From assembly GCA_965649765.1 (NCBI GenBank), contig OZ287756.1, positions 67,146,001 to 67,210,000 on the forward strand: a stretch of DNA of 64,000 nt, in the 5' to 3' direction. Positions within the stretch are counted from its first letter, which is position 1; the number at the start of each line of letters is the position of its first letter. Below, piece by piece: positions 1 to 14,299 of the stretch. This DNA comes from Bispira polyomma (Eukaryota). A program made the position numbers and the translations under genes. The notes under the pieces were generated by a model, which worked only from the letters and a program-made list of their open reading frames with translations, did no database searches and was not told the origin of the DNA.

Positions 1-3000
1 TCTGTTTCCTCAATATGGAAGCCACCTCTCCACCCAGCTGCGTCGGTCTCATCCTCCACATAAGGTCCTAGTATGACGGGCATTCCTTTACATGCTCGGT
101 CATCCCCATCTTGCTCTTTCTGTTTGGTGCCATAATTGTTCACAATTGTTATATTTTAAAATTTATATCTCAGTATTTTTAACTCAAAAAAAGAAATGAA
201 CAAGATGAGAATGACAATCTATTGGTCGCCTTATTAGGTAATGAGCTCTGACTTGGGACAGACAAAGATGGATTTTTTGTACAGCTTCCTACCTAGCTGA
301 ATGCGTGTACAACACATGGGCGAAACTCTGATAAAAACGGGCCGAAAATAGTGAACCATCAGTAAAATCAAACCATTGTTAAGGACTGAAAAATTGGTCT
401 ACAATAACTTCTATTATCGCTCAAAGCTCTGGTTTTTCATTTAAATTAAATATTAAACAAATAAAGGGTACGTGCTTCTATTTGGGGTTTTGGCCTTTTG
501 TCTATTTCCGTTACCAGACACAAATTAAACAAGAGGAGAATGACCTGGCGGCCATATCATGATAATGCCACTGCAAGTTACTGGAAATAGTGAACCAGTC
601 ACTAGTCAGCAATCGAAATGGATTTCGAGAACCATCTACTGTGGGTACCCAGTTAGGTTAACTAGTTAAAGTAAATTCGAAACATATGTATAAACAACCA
701 AATCGCCTTAAAAAATGTTTTGATAATTTATTTTTCACATAAGTTTGCTTCAAAACCGGATAAAAACAATTTTTTATATATTTTGGTAGCTCACAAACGT
801 TGGTTTGTTTACCTACAAAATTATTGTTTTTCTTTTGACAGCTCTAGAAATGACCAAACCATAATTTATTTCCAATATTAATATTTTTATTTTTAGCTGT
901 TATAGCTTGCAAAACATCCGAAATTAGTCCAAAGATAGTGAACCACTAGTTATTATCCCTATAGACAAAAGAAGTACCAGTCATCAGTAAAGAAACCACT
1001 ATAGCACCCTAAATAAATCTATCACCTAAATTAATTTCTTGCTAATCAAAACCCATGTTTAATCCAATTACAGATTTTTTTTAAACTGTTACTGTTCTAT
1101 GCACAAACATTTTACAAATCACAAAAGGTACACATAGAATAATTATTTCAGTCACACTTACTTGAATCCTTTAATAATATAAATCACTATAGAAAATTAG
1201 TAATTAAGTGATTATATTGAATGTGTTTTCTCACTAAGGTTGAATTTGTGTCGTATTTTTGACTTGTATATATGTAAACCAAAAAGAACAATAAAAAAAA
1301 TGATCTAAATCACAAAAGGTAAATAAAATAGCACTCAGCTAAAATGGCTTATAAGTAAGGCTTAAAAATATAATACACATATATAAATAGTCAGGGAATA
1401 AATTTATTTGTTTCCAGGGGATACATTATTTTGCAAGTGGATACAAAAATTTGGCAAGCCCCCCTGGCCATATTTTGTATTCCCACACACTTTTTTTAGC
1501 GCTACACTGGTACACTTAGTTCAATTATAACTGTTACCAAACAAAAAATATATTTCCTGCCATCAAAAACTATCCAATTCTGACACCATATGGTTTATTC
1601 CTATTGTGACACATAAGGCTTCTGTAATTTTTATCCTTTAAAATATTCCAGTTAACCTGTATGCAATATATCGGGGTCACCATATATTTTTTTCTCAACT
1701 TGTTACAGTAAGGAATCTAAAATTTGCTCCTGTATCAAAAATTCACCACCCCTAAAATTTAAGCCAAATAAATAAAAACTGGCGAAAAATAACTGGTAAG
1801 GAAGGAATAATAATTTAAACAAATATTTACCACAATTCTACCCAAAACACAACATTTTCTAGGTTGCGAATTTCAGATGGCGGCAAATTTTATATTCCTT
1901 ATAGCCACAACCACCCATTAACCAAAGTATGTATATATATATATATGTTATATATCTTCCTAAACCTAATGTCTGTCATGTATATTATATATTCCTTTTG
2001 AAAGCATTTGAAATGGGCTGTGATGGAACCTTCAATCAAATTTGAGGATCCCAATATTTAAAACTTGAACTATACTGCAATTATACTGCATATAATTACA
2101 CCAGATTAATTTTGGACCAACCAGAGACCAAAAAGTGTATATATATATATACCAAATTTAAGAGCACAACTCCCTACAGATTCAGAGATTACCCTGTGGA
2201 CACGTTGTAACCATGTGTAACCAAGGTTCTTCCATTATTCACTTTCTCCAGGAAAAGCATGATTATGCCAATAAGCATTGGCACAGATCTCGGCTCATTT
2301 TCATTGATAAAGTTTGCGATATCTGATCTGCCAAGGAAATACTCTTTACTAGTATTCATAAGACCGGACAAGTGATCTTCTGATACATATCAGAGGTGAC
2401 AGTAAAAAAATTTAAAATGTAGTTCATCCAACATATTACCAAATGAAAAGCTGGTATAACTTGAAATAAGTCAAATAATGGTGCAATAAATACATTTTGT
2501 CATGTCAGTTGTTGCAATTTTTTATTTTATGGGCGGTGTCTGATACATGTGGCCAAAATGGAAGTTTGCCATTTTAGTTAAAAAAATTATTTTAACAGAG
2601 AATGCCGTTTACGTTTATATATAGGACGGAATTTAATTTTGTTAAAAGTTTCAGACAGTGTATAAACTACTCTTTATAGTCATATGAATTTTAAAATTGT
2701 AGCTTTACTGGTAACTTTGTAATTCTCGGCAATAGAAATGTCTTAGCTATGAAATTGTGTCTGTTTTTTCAAATTATGAAGCCGTGAATGAAAATATATA
2801 AATATAAACCAAAACATTTTATATTTTCATTGGAAGGTTTTAGCTACATCTATCGTATTAATGAACCAAGATACCTTTCCCTGATATCATTTGTCGTGAA
2901 ATCCCCAGATATGGGCTGATATGGGCATAGAAAAGCTTTCCATTTCCGCCATTTTATATATATTTTGAAACAATATTTTAAAATGTGTATGTGCATCTCA

Positions 3001-4249
3001 GTTTGGGATGGAATATAATTTAGTAAAAAGTTTCAGAAAGTGTGTAAATGACTTTTTATAGTCATAAAAATCTTAAAATTGTAGCTTTACTACAACTCCA
3101 TTGGAAACAGAAACGTGGGTTGTCGAGATCTGATTTGAAGTATGACGTCAGTTTCAGCATGTTTTTGTTGAGAGTGACATACTTTTAACCTACGTCAGTT
3201 TGTATATCGTTTTCCTCAAAAATCTATAAATATTCATCAAATGAAGAAGGCAAAAACCCCAAATAGAAGCAAATACCCTTATATATATTTAATATTTATT
3301 TTTAATCAAAAATATCTTAAATTATTGGCACATAAAACGTGAGCTCACACTGCAAAGACAGCCACCTTCATCTGGAATTGATTATACTGTCAAAAACAGG
3401 CCTGTGTCCAGTCATATGATAAAATGGCTGTCTCGTCAATTTTGCGCTTCATGAGAATAAATTAGCAAGCATTATATTGATTGTGTCACTGCGCATGCTC
3501 CGTAGCTCACAGTGCTTCTTTGAAAGAGACCTAACATGTATGGCGAATATGGAAGCCGAGGTCCTTGTAAGTTCTGAGATTACGTTGTTCCCATTTTGTA
3601 ACGAATGGCAACCAGTTCTAGACCCATGATAACATATAAGGTGGGATCCCCACCTAATTTGATAACAAACTCAAAAATAATTTTTGTCTGCAGAATTGTT
3701 TATAGAGATGAAGTCTCCAAGATGCTGTAGCTGAATGAATGAAGATCTCTGTCACAGCGCCCTTATATACCCTCAGGCCATCTCTCAAAATGTGCACCGA
3801 CCAAACAGATTTCACACCTGAGTTTTCTTTTGACACCCCAATCTATCATTTCTCTCCCCCGACCTATCGACCTAGTTAATTTTTTGCTCGAATAAACTTA
3901 TCGTTTGCATGGCCCAACCTATCTTTACAATCAGGGGTGCCCTAACAACTTATATTTTGTTTACCTCAAGTTATCTTTTCAATGGGGGGGGCAAACAAAG
4001 GATCTATCTATCTTGGGGGCGGGAGGGGGTGCTCCTAACCTATCTTTGTGATGGGAAGATAAATCGGGCTGAAATTTAAAACAATTTTGGGAAAGATTGA
4101 AAATATAGGTCATTAGAAGGTAAATCTAAGTTGTTTGTGGGTTATGATTGGCCCCGATTGGCCTTAATTGATCAGCCGTGCCACCCATATTTGTTCCTGC
4201 TCGCAGAGGTTTTCAAACTCTAGTTTTTTACTCAAGTAGATTTCATGCT

Positions 4250-6300
4250 TGATACAGGTTTACTGTTCTAGTACTTTAGTTGATAGGTAATATTCCAGTA
4301 TGCTGTTTACAATGTTTTATGGCTAGTTCTTGTTAAGTCCTTATTTTATGTTATTATATTACGTGTTCTGAGTGTTTTATATATATAATTACTCCTACCT
4401 GAACAAACATACATATACAACTAATATGTATAGTAATAAATATGTGAAACCTTAGTTTAACTGTCCTCTTTTTATCACACTTATACTTAAAAGCTCTGAT
4501 CTTTACAATGACCTCTATCTTCATATGGGAGAACTGAAAAGGTTTTATGGTTTGCAAGTATATTGATGCTATGGTTCTACAGCTACAACAAAATAAAAAT
4601 ATTGATACTGTAATTGATACAATGATCATACAGTATTCTTTTATCAAATATGAAATAATGCTGCTGCAAAAATCAAACAAGGATATCCTATCTAGAAACG
4701 TGAAAAGCCTTTCAGTAAAATGGTAGAATATAAATGAACAATATATTATATATGTAAAATATTACCATCAAGTACAGTACCATAATGTACCTGTACATAT
4801 ATACTTACATTGTGCATGTATATGATGTAGAGTAGTGATACTTATCATCCAAAACACCCACATTTCCTGAAGTATTCTTACTCCAAACAGGCCACAATAT
4901 ATAACAAAATCAGTTCATAATTCACATTTTATTATATTTACAATATTCCACCCGCTACACAAATTTCTATACAAATGAGATAGAGTTTTCAACACCACAT
5001 CATAAACAACATTTTTCCAAAAATACATATATATGTGACACACATAAGAGGCTATGTATATTATTAACAGGTGAAACCCTACTATATACAACATATACAC
5101 ATGAAGCATATATATATATATATATAAAATATATGACTTATGTAACCCAACACAAGGAAGTGTTTCTCCTATTCAAATGTTATAGAGAGATTCTATAATA
5201 TACAGACAGTCACACAGAGTGTTCATTGGTGTGTAAAAGATTTTGTCATATAATTGACTTGTTTGAGTTTGAGATATATTCCCTCCCCTCATATTTGGTT
5301 TGCAGTAAAAAGACTACCATCAAAACTCGGATATACTAATATTTATATAACTGTTTAAATTACTTGTCTGATATATTTGGTACACTTATTTATGCATTTT
5401 CATAGTTTTTGTCAAAAACCTATGTGATTTACCCTGACCCTCCCAATCATTTACTAATTTAGGTGAACTTAAACTAAATCAAATTTTAATAACAATTCAC
5501 CTATTGGTTTTTATGTGTGCATCTTTTTGCTAAAATTAATATGTGGCAATACATTTAGTTAGTTAGTTATCACTGATGACTTACAGTACCTGCGTATCAC
5601 ATACATCAGGGTACTGAATACCCCATTGATGAAAACAGTCCTTTATACTCATCAAAACATGCATACTGATATATAAAAATAATATAATTACTTGCATTGA
5701 AAAGTTTAAAGACATATTATTGGACTTCCAACAACTACATTCTTTGAATGGCGTCCTATAAATACAAACCAAATGTACAAAGAAACATCTCTTTTTTCAA
5801 TCTGTTATGGTCTGTAAAAAGTGCTCCGAAAGCTGTGTCTACATTATTTTAGTTGCAGTCTTATAACAAGCAAAAGTTGCTATTCCTTTAACAAATAATC
5901 TACAAATATATGCATGTATTTGGAGTCAAACTTTTAGTTTTGACTGATTGTATATCGGGTGTCCATCAAGTTGGTATCAATGGATCAATGTGTTGAAACT
6001 CAATGCATTGGTCAATGGTGTATGACAGATAATAAAGCTACATCTTTGTATAATGTAATGACAAACACTATACTGGTGGAATTAACAAGTTTGGATTAAT
6101 TGGTTAATATTTCTATACTTCAAACTTCTAGCATTCAGGAAACCTACTTCTAACTTGACTACATCCATAACAAGGCCTAGCACATCTCCAGCTCTCACAT
6201 TCTACCTATATGTAAACAGGTGAGAGAGATAAAGAACACAGTAATTATTTGTGGTGTGGAATTTTTTTATTTACATACTTCTCACCAAACCTGTACATAA
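4250..6300 (-). mobile_element. Highly degenerate DIRS-group retroelement remnant (RT/RNase H traces)
   Basis: Scattered motif echoes on the minus strand (LVMDVV..GFLN, IQYPD, LLYIVAC) with many stops; boundaries uncertain. Confidence 0.35.
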
Positions 6301-9300
6301 TTGACTATTGCCTAAAGTTAAATGAGTCATACATGAGTACATAATGACCATCTAAAGCATCCATAGTGGACTATATCAGTTATGCAGTGTTTATATATAA
6401 AACTGTACAGTGACCATTGTTTATGTTAATCCATACTGTAATATTTTTAAAACCTAAGAAAGATGAAAAAAACATTTTTTATTCAGCACCATAATTGAAT
6501 AACTTTATAGCTGTAAGTGTATATACGTACACAATCTTTTTTGAAAATAATTTATTCACTTGATTATAGGATTTTTTCAGACACCCAGTCTCACTGGGAT
6601 TGCAAAGGAATAATATTTAAAACACAAAATATTTTGTAACATATAAGATTTTGCATATCTAAAATTTAACTGGACGATAAAAACAGTTACATAAGGAAAA
6701 AATAAAAGTATGAATAGAAATTTACACGTACACAATTAGTAGTAGGTGGGAGGGTGACAAAATATCAGTTGTTCAATTATGACTAATAAAAAACAATTAT
6801 GTGTATTTCAAAATACAAATTTGTGAATACATGTGCATAACCCATATATGTAAGCCGTAACCCTATGAATGTAAACATAGCTTTAGGAGGTGTTTTGTCA
6901 TCTATTATTATTATCAGTCACGACTTTTACAACTGACTTCACATCTAATTTAAACCTTTACATATTTGCTATCAGATATAAATAATTTTGTACACACATT
7001 TATATATATACCGGTATTCACATGAATAATGATACCTTGGAAGTTCTTAACCTGGTTTTAACATTGAATTAAAGCCTTTTTCTAAATATGTTGGCTGGAT
7101 TTAAGGGTATACATAACGTATACATAATTTAGACACCAGTCTTATACTGAGCCCACATTCCAGTTCCCTTATGAGATAACTTAAGCCCAAACTTTATTAA
7201 AGTTGAGTTGTTGGTGTAAATTTCAGTTGAGATAAAACTAAGATAGGTTTTGCAAATTTATTATTCCTGTACAAGTTAGTGTCTATGTACAGGGTTATAT
7301 ATAACATTTAAAATTTGTAAAATATATGGAAAATTTTAAAGAGCCCATAACAGGTACTAACAAGCCCACTAAAAGCGGACATAAACATTAACAGAGGGTA
7401 AATCCCCCTAATCAACCATAATGCTGTATGCAACAAAACATAAAAATATATATGTGGATCTAGCCCAAGCTTTTAAAACGCTGTTAGGCATATAAGTAAG
7501 ATACAATAACATACAGAAGAACCAAGTCAGACTCTAAATTCACTGTCTCATTAAAAGTTACCATAAAACAATGTCTTTTACATCATCTAGTAATTTCTTT
7601 TCATCTAATGTTTAGTAATCTACAACACATAGTGCTATTTAAACTCTCTGCCTATGAAGTCACCCTTCTGGCTACCAACAGGATACTATAAGCTTAATTG
7701 ACACGTATTTACATTGACTCGTCCTGGACATATTTGCAGAGTTTTGAAACCCAATCTAAGCATAGCTTCTGTGAACAATATTGGAGGGAACCCAAGACCT
7801 GTGGCACCTAGTCGCCTAGCAGAGGCAGGTTCCCCCCTGCAGAGCTGCCATGGTAGCCCATACCAGAGGGCAGTTTACAGGGAGGGACCTGACCCCACAC
7901 GGCCTAGGGTTCAAGTCCTGCGAACTTGCTACTTTTATAACCTTTAAATTTTGGAGGACTGAAGGGGTTGGTGATGGGCAAATACAAAATCCCAATGTTA
8001 ACTCCTTGAGATCTTGTACAAAATGGTGCCCAACTTGGGGCAGCATATTCAATTTTAGAGAGGGGGTGATTGGTGATTGGTTATTGATTCTATGTGGGAT
8101 GGACAGAAAGTGGAACAAGAAAAGTGCTTTGAAAAAGAGATTACTAGTGGGAGGGTAAACTGACACAGCAGGCCCCTAAAGTGGTCGTGCTAGTCACACT
8201 TGCCATTTGAATGTGAGAAGTGTGCTGAACAATTTTCGGTGGTTTAGAGTTAATTTTATCGTTGACTAAACTTTGGTCGTTCAGAGTTCAGTTTATTGCT
8301 GAAAAACTGTGGTTGTTTAGAGAACAGCTTTCCTAAGTCAATTATTGGTAATTTATGATATATAATATACAGTTATTAAGTTCTTTTAAGCCAAGCTAAA
8401 TATAAATATACTGAGCCCATTTGATTTGCTGCAAAACTTTGGATTTAAATAACAGTATAGAATTACACGTGGAAAATCTTTCTCTCCACAAATGTTTGGT
8501 AAAATATGGAAACCATAATGCACTCCATCAAAACAACTGGTTTTAGCAGCATATGTTGGGATATTATTTACAATTTAATAACTAAATGTTGATATTTAAG
8601 AAATAAACTACTTGAAAAGACATAGAAAAAAACAATAAAACTATAAGGACCCCAAAGAAAGCAAAGTTGAGGAAATACAGACTGATCCATATATTGTTGT
8701 TTTAACCTTTTTTCAGGTAAAGCCTTCCCAAATATATTATAAATATATCAAACATGGGCTTGTTTTCTATGAAACCTCCTTCACTTATATTTAGAAAAAT
8801 ATCACTGTCCTTCAGTGTGGCCTTGATGTTGCCGTTAACACTTCATTTAAAGAGCAAAGTTTGGGACATAATTTTCATCTACAGATTCATTTAATAACGG
8901 AGTAAAGGGTCACATTAGCTTGGTTGAGTTTATGTAGTTCAAAAAAGTGGCAACCTATAGTTTAAATTAAGTTTGAGTTAAGAGCAGCTTTAATCATGTT
9001 TGAGTAAGGCTACCAATAATTTATTAGAATGTAAATATCAAGTTAATATACAGGCCAAATTTGCTCTGACTTGATTGTCAGTAAGAGGTATCCACGTGAA
9101 GTCTTTTTGGAATTGAAACAAGGGGCATTCTTATGGCCTGGCTTAATGGCTAACAAGACTCTAACAACTGCAACTGGGCAGAGGGGAGGCTTTCATTTTT
9201 AGTACTTTAGCCTTGAAAGATTTTTGTCCATTTAATTAATATTTGCAGCACTGGAGGGGAAAATATTACGTCACCTCTTATAGATGGTACAGGGGTGAGA

Positions 9301-10896
9301 ACTAAGCCACAGCATGTGGTACTAGATTAGAGATTTACAAGAACAAGAATGCTACTAGATAAACAGCCTTAAACATCTGGGCCATATGCATTGCATTGCA
9401 TATTTGTATAATTTAGGAAAGTAAAGGTATATTAATAATTCGCCTGATTTTAGCCCTAAATTGTCTATTGAGGGCCAGAGATTTCTGGTAATATTTAATG
9501 CTGAGACATTTTAGCCATGCAGCTCCATTTTTACTTTAATTGCTGAAAGTTAGAAATAGTTAGAGATGGAGGGAGACACCTGACTACTAGTGCTTCCAGA
9601 AAAGGTAATAATATTGGAGAAATTGCTTGACGATCAATATGGACCAAACAATAATAAGCCAAAAATGGTCTAAACATGTTTTGGTGTGTTCTTTCAGTAG
9701 CTAGTCTGAAAGCCCTGTGTGCCGTGTGTGTTGCTTTTGACATTATCTAGCATAGTTCAGCTGGACCAGTCTATTTCTTGCCTTCTTTTTTGAACTGAAA
9801 CTCACCTAGGGTTATGGCATAAGTTATCGTAATGTCTCACGGTTGTTATTTCAGAGCTGCCAAAGTGACAGCAGATCTGTTACTTTATTATTTCTCCCAA
9901 TGATATGAATATTTCTGAGACTGATATCAGCTAGTGTTGTTTCCATGAAGATGTGTCTAGCTACGGCTGCTAATGTCTATAGTTTTTCCTAAATCAATGA
10001 GAGTTATTAGTGTTGCATTATCACATTGGATGACTAGTCTTTGCCTGCCAAGATAGATTTCGATACTCTGATGGCCGCCAGAGTGGTCAACATCTTTAAA
10101 TGCACAATTGTGAGGTTGAAGAACTCCATGTCATTACACCTACCAACACTGTGGGCAAGCATCCATTGTCTGGTTTATGCTCAAAAATGGCCATATCATT
10201 GAACACTGGCAAAACTGGCGAGCCAGTTTGCTGTCTGGGTAAAATTCTGTTCTTAACCTAATGTTATTGCTGTTGGTGGCTGATCTTATGCGCTTGAGGA
10301 ATACACGCGATAGCCGTACACATTTGGAAACATATAGCAATTTAACTAGCAAAGACTTGAGCTTGCATTAAGAACATTTTTGTTGGCCCCACCATAGACT
10401 GACTGTGTTTATATTTTTAAAAATTGTGTTGTGGTATAGATCTTCTGTGTTTACCAAAATGCCCAAGCACGTTACTTTGATACGAGGGTACACTAGTTTT
10501 TCTTGCTGATTAAAAAACCTAGCTCTAGTAGTAAGTCATACAGCATATCAAATGAACGCTTGCTTTGCACTCCCGTGCCTGAAACAAAAGGGCACAAATC
10601 AACAAAGTATTTCTCAATTTTAAAACCCAACAAATATTAATCTCAAGATAAATGACATGCTGAAGTGTGTAGCTGACGTCAATGTGATAACGATGGTTGC
10701 TCCGACTTAAGTTACTAACTTTCCTAGTGATGGTATCTATGGTAGGCAGTGTAAGCACAAATTGTATATTAAGATACCTATCCTTATCCACAGCAGTGTT
10801 CACAGATACGTAATGTGGATGACTCAGGTTTATTATGACTCGTGTAATGCCCCATGTTTTCCTTTGTCATAAAGGGGGAAATGGGCCTGTTTAATA

Positions 10897-11050
10897 ATGC
10901 CTCATCCAATGCCTCATCCAATGCCTCATCCAATGCCCCATCTAATGCCCCATCCAATGCCTCATCCAATGCCCCATCTAATGCCCCATCTAATGCCTCA
11001 TCCAATGCCTCATCCAATGCCCTATCCAATGCCCCATCCAATGCCCCATC
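10897..11050. repeat. 12-bp minisatellite (AATGCCYCATCY)n, about 12-13 copies, inside the DIRS RT region
   Basis: Direct reading; explains the MPHP, SNAP and DEAL ORFs. Confidence 0.95.
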
Positions 11051-11531
11051 TGCACTGGCGATTTGTAACTCGCTTTAAAGGAATTAAGCCATACTTGTCA
11101 TTTCCTTGGGAGTTCCATAGTTGAATACAGACTTCATCATAAACGTTATTTATGTGGTCTTTATGACGTGGCTTTACTTGTAGTTCTTATTTCTCAGTAA
11201 CAGTGTCACCTTGTACAGAGGCAGATTTATTCACTGTGTGTACATTGGAGTTACCACTGTGAGTTTTAATCTTTGGTGTATCACTGCCTTTAGGGACAGA
11301 GGTGTTAACTTCACTTGTGACACCGTCGTTGGTGTCCATTTCACCTATTGTTCAAAGAGTTGTAAATTTATTTTGAATGAGGAGGAGAAAGTTAACAGGG
11401 TAGTGTGAATGGTACACAAATATGTTTGGCCTATGTCTTTTCTCACTTATGTCACCCTTTTTGTAACACTCCTTTTTTGGTTGGTATTTTCTTATGGCAG
11501 GGAAAATGGATAGGGTGTGATTTTATAATTA

Positions 11532-12106
11532 ACAAGGGTACTCCATGTAGGTACTACCAAAAAGGCACGTCCTCAAACAGGGGAACATAAGACCAGGGGT
11601 CAGATCTATCTTCATCAGCTCACACTATTGTTGGTACTATTAGGTCATGCAATATGTGAAATACTGTCACAAACATTCAAATTGCCATTTCTCTGACATT
11701 TGTTACTATTTACATTTGTGACTTTGTGATTCACACTTGTGGAGCCACCACGGGATAAACCTTTTGCCTGAATAGTTGTATCTTGTTTATTTTGACGAGT
11801 ATCAGAATTTGGAATAGTTTCCTCCAATTGTCACTCCCATGTACATTAAATCCCTTATCATAGTTCGAAGGCTTTTGTAATTTTCACAGCGTTTGGTTTG
11901 AACACCACTTTGAGTACATTTTACAGGTGACACTGCATTGCATTGCCTCGCTTATTTTGTTCTACATTCCTTGGAAGGATGGACGTGTGAACTGCCAGTT
12001 AAGATACACAAGCTACAAACATAAAGATAGGCCCGACCTCTGGTCTTAATTTACCCTATTTGGGGATAGGTGCCTTATTGGTAGTACCTACATGGAGTAC
12101 CCTTGT
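11532..12106. repeat. Inverted repeat pair (11532-~11650 versus ~11990-12106); outer 29 bp perfect
   Basis: acaagggtactccatgtaggtactaccaa at 11532-11560 and its exact reverse complement at 12078-12106; similarity continues inward. Confidence 0.9.
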
Positions 12107-12267
12107 CATGACTTTTCATGGATATGTTGTTGTTATGATTTACAGTCTGACCTAAATAAACTACTTTTTGAGTGAAACCGGCAACCCGCTGTGCCATAGA
12201 GAGAGAATCATAGTCAAGTCTAGCTTTAGAGTTCTGTGACATACTTGTCCTACGTTTTGTAGAGTTC

Positions 12268-12555
12268 TTGTACAATTCATCTATTGTACTATTCATCTAT
12301 TGTACTATTCATCTATTGTACAATTCATCTATTGTACTATTTATCTATTGTACAATTCATCTATTGTACTATTTATCTATTGTACTATTCATCTATTGTA
12401 CAATTCATCTATTGTACTATTTATCTATTGTACTATTCATCTATTGTACAATTCATCTATTGTACTATTTATCTATTGTACTATTCATCTATTGTACAAT
12501 TCATCTATTGTACTATTTATCTATTGTACTATTCATCTATTGTACTATTCATCTA
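12268..12555. repeat. 16-bp minisatellite (TTGTACWATTYATCTA) x18 with a 48-bp higher-order pattern
   Basis: Unit order A B B A C A C B A C B A C B A C B B. Confidence 0.97.
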
Positions 12556-14299
12556 TTATTATGATTATTTAGACAATGTTGACAGTTGTAAATTTTATGA
12601 TGAGCCATTTCTACAGAAAATATCATAAACCCATTTCTATTCCTTGACACAATCAAATATATATATTTTTAAGATGGTTTTGTTGTCTCTTTGACAGATT
12701 AGTTTGTAGTAAAGAATCCCTTTCTTTGACTGGAAACCTAGGGTTAATTAGTACACATATAACATATTAGAGAAAATGTCAAGCCGACAAGAATATTTTT
12801 TACAAAATGACTGGGAGCACTGACCTAGCTATTCCCTTACAGGGTTAACCCACAAACTTTTATGGTTTGGTAAGTCTTTTGTGTCATAAAGTGATTCAGT
12901 AATATAGAAATATATGGATGGCCTGATAACAAAATGACTCTCCATTAATTCGGAATTTAGTTCAAAATTGGCCTAGATCCAAACATAACTCTTAATTATA
13001 GTCAACTAATCTATTTGAAGGATACCCTCAAGTTTTAAACATCTGCCAGGAATATCAGAAACGAGTGTCCAAACTTTATGGTTCCTCATGTTTCTTACTT
13101 TGATAGAAACATTTAGAAATTTCAGTACTAAATTAATTAAGAAAATATATATGTATTATAAAGTTGATTAAACTTTGGTTGGTTTAGCTTCTAGATTGCC
13201 TGATTTATCAAATTCATTACCTTTACACTTCAGATTCAGTTCCAACGTTACCTCCATTTGAATGCACCGCAACAGTCTGCTCTACATAACCAATCACTAT
13301 GGGCATTTTTATGGCACTCTCTGTTCGATTTTTGTCTAAGCAGTTTTGGTTATACTACACAGATTTTATCTTTTGAGAAATACATTACAACGTAAAATAC
13401 CTCGATTAGATTAGATAATGTAAATCATTTGGCTGGAAAGGGCTTGACTAATATATTATTTAGATAAGCTTTGAATAAGTGTTAAAAAACAGTAAATTTT
13501 TTGATAATAATTTGTTTTTTAAAATTGATGCCGTCACATTTGTACAACAAGACCGCTTTAGGGGATTGTTAGTTCAGTCCAATATAATATTATAATGACC
13601 TTAACAAATTTAGGTTATACTTAACCTCCTCTCTTCTGTCCATCCACTGATTTTCAATCTGATTCAAGCTTAATTACCCATGACCGCTTGCTTCCATCTT
13701 GAAAGCATTTCAGTTTGTTGCGTCTGTGAATGTGCAAGGAGAATGGGCAAGGCGAAGTAAACTCCATTAACAAAGATAACAACAAATCGAAGGCATGTAT
13801 TTTGAATCCTCCCCCCGGCGGCTACAAACTTCTGTCTAGAGTGAGCTCAGGATCCGACAGCAACTTGGAAATGTTATCCATCTTGAGAAGTCTTGAGTCC
13901 TCGAACGCGGAGTTATCCAGATGAATGTACAGGGTCAAAATGAAGCAGACACAACACATTGAGCTCACTCGCTACCACCCCTCCTTACAGGGGCGACTTT
14001 TTCCCAATGTATTAACCTTGGTACTCAGCAACTACCTGCACAACAAGTTTTTGCTAAAGATGGCACTGTACCCCAATTAGAAACACTCTGGGTGATGTTG
14101 ACTATACAGGTGGCTATAGTCAATACGTTAAGGCCAATGCACAGAGGGACATTCTTCAAGATAAGCCCCCAGCTAAACATAGATCGGACCGTTACAACAA
14201 TTCGGACATTACAACAGTTGACCCCAAACTGCATTGTCCCAACAAGGGCTGGGTAGGGGCCAATGCTAGACAGAGACCCCCATTGGGGTAATGACCTAA

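Larger units (their letters stand above)
7690..14100 (-). mobile_element. Degenerate DIRS-group (tyrosine recombinase) retrotransposon: gag, RT, RNase H, YR and 3' terminal repeats
   Basis: Gag: YDSLSMAQRVAGF and PCRYYQ..YLYVCSLC..HPSKEC (12.0-12.2 kb). RT: ISPFMTKE, VDKDRYL..LPTIDTIT, KLVYP..VTCLGI, LLYVSKCV (10.1-10.9 kb). RNase H: IVHLKML..IQCDN. YR: AFRLAT..MFRPFLAY..PFLEAL, ISNLVPH..RGDVIF..IKWTK (9.0-9.75 kb). Confidence 0.85.

Noticed and set aside
1-133. Possible gene start MAPNRKSK on the minus strand
   Set aside because: Stop after 21 codons and cut by the window edge; cannot be assigned.
2620-3095. ~90-bp direct repeat pair (about 2625-2710 and 3005-3090)
   Set aside because: Probably internal to a non-autonomous DNA transposon; ends and family could not be defined.
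10854-11124. MPHP and SNAP low-complexity ORFs
   Set aside because: Artefacts of the 12-bp tandem repeat.
12268-12628. Three overlapping Y/I/S-rich ORFs, and a possible CRISPR-like array
   Set aside because: Translation of a 16-bp minisatellite; no unique spacers, no cas genes, eukaryotic context.
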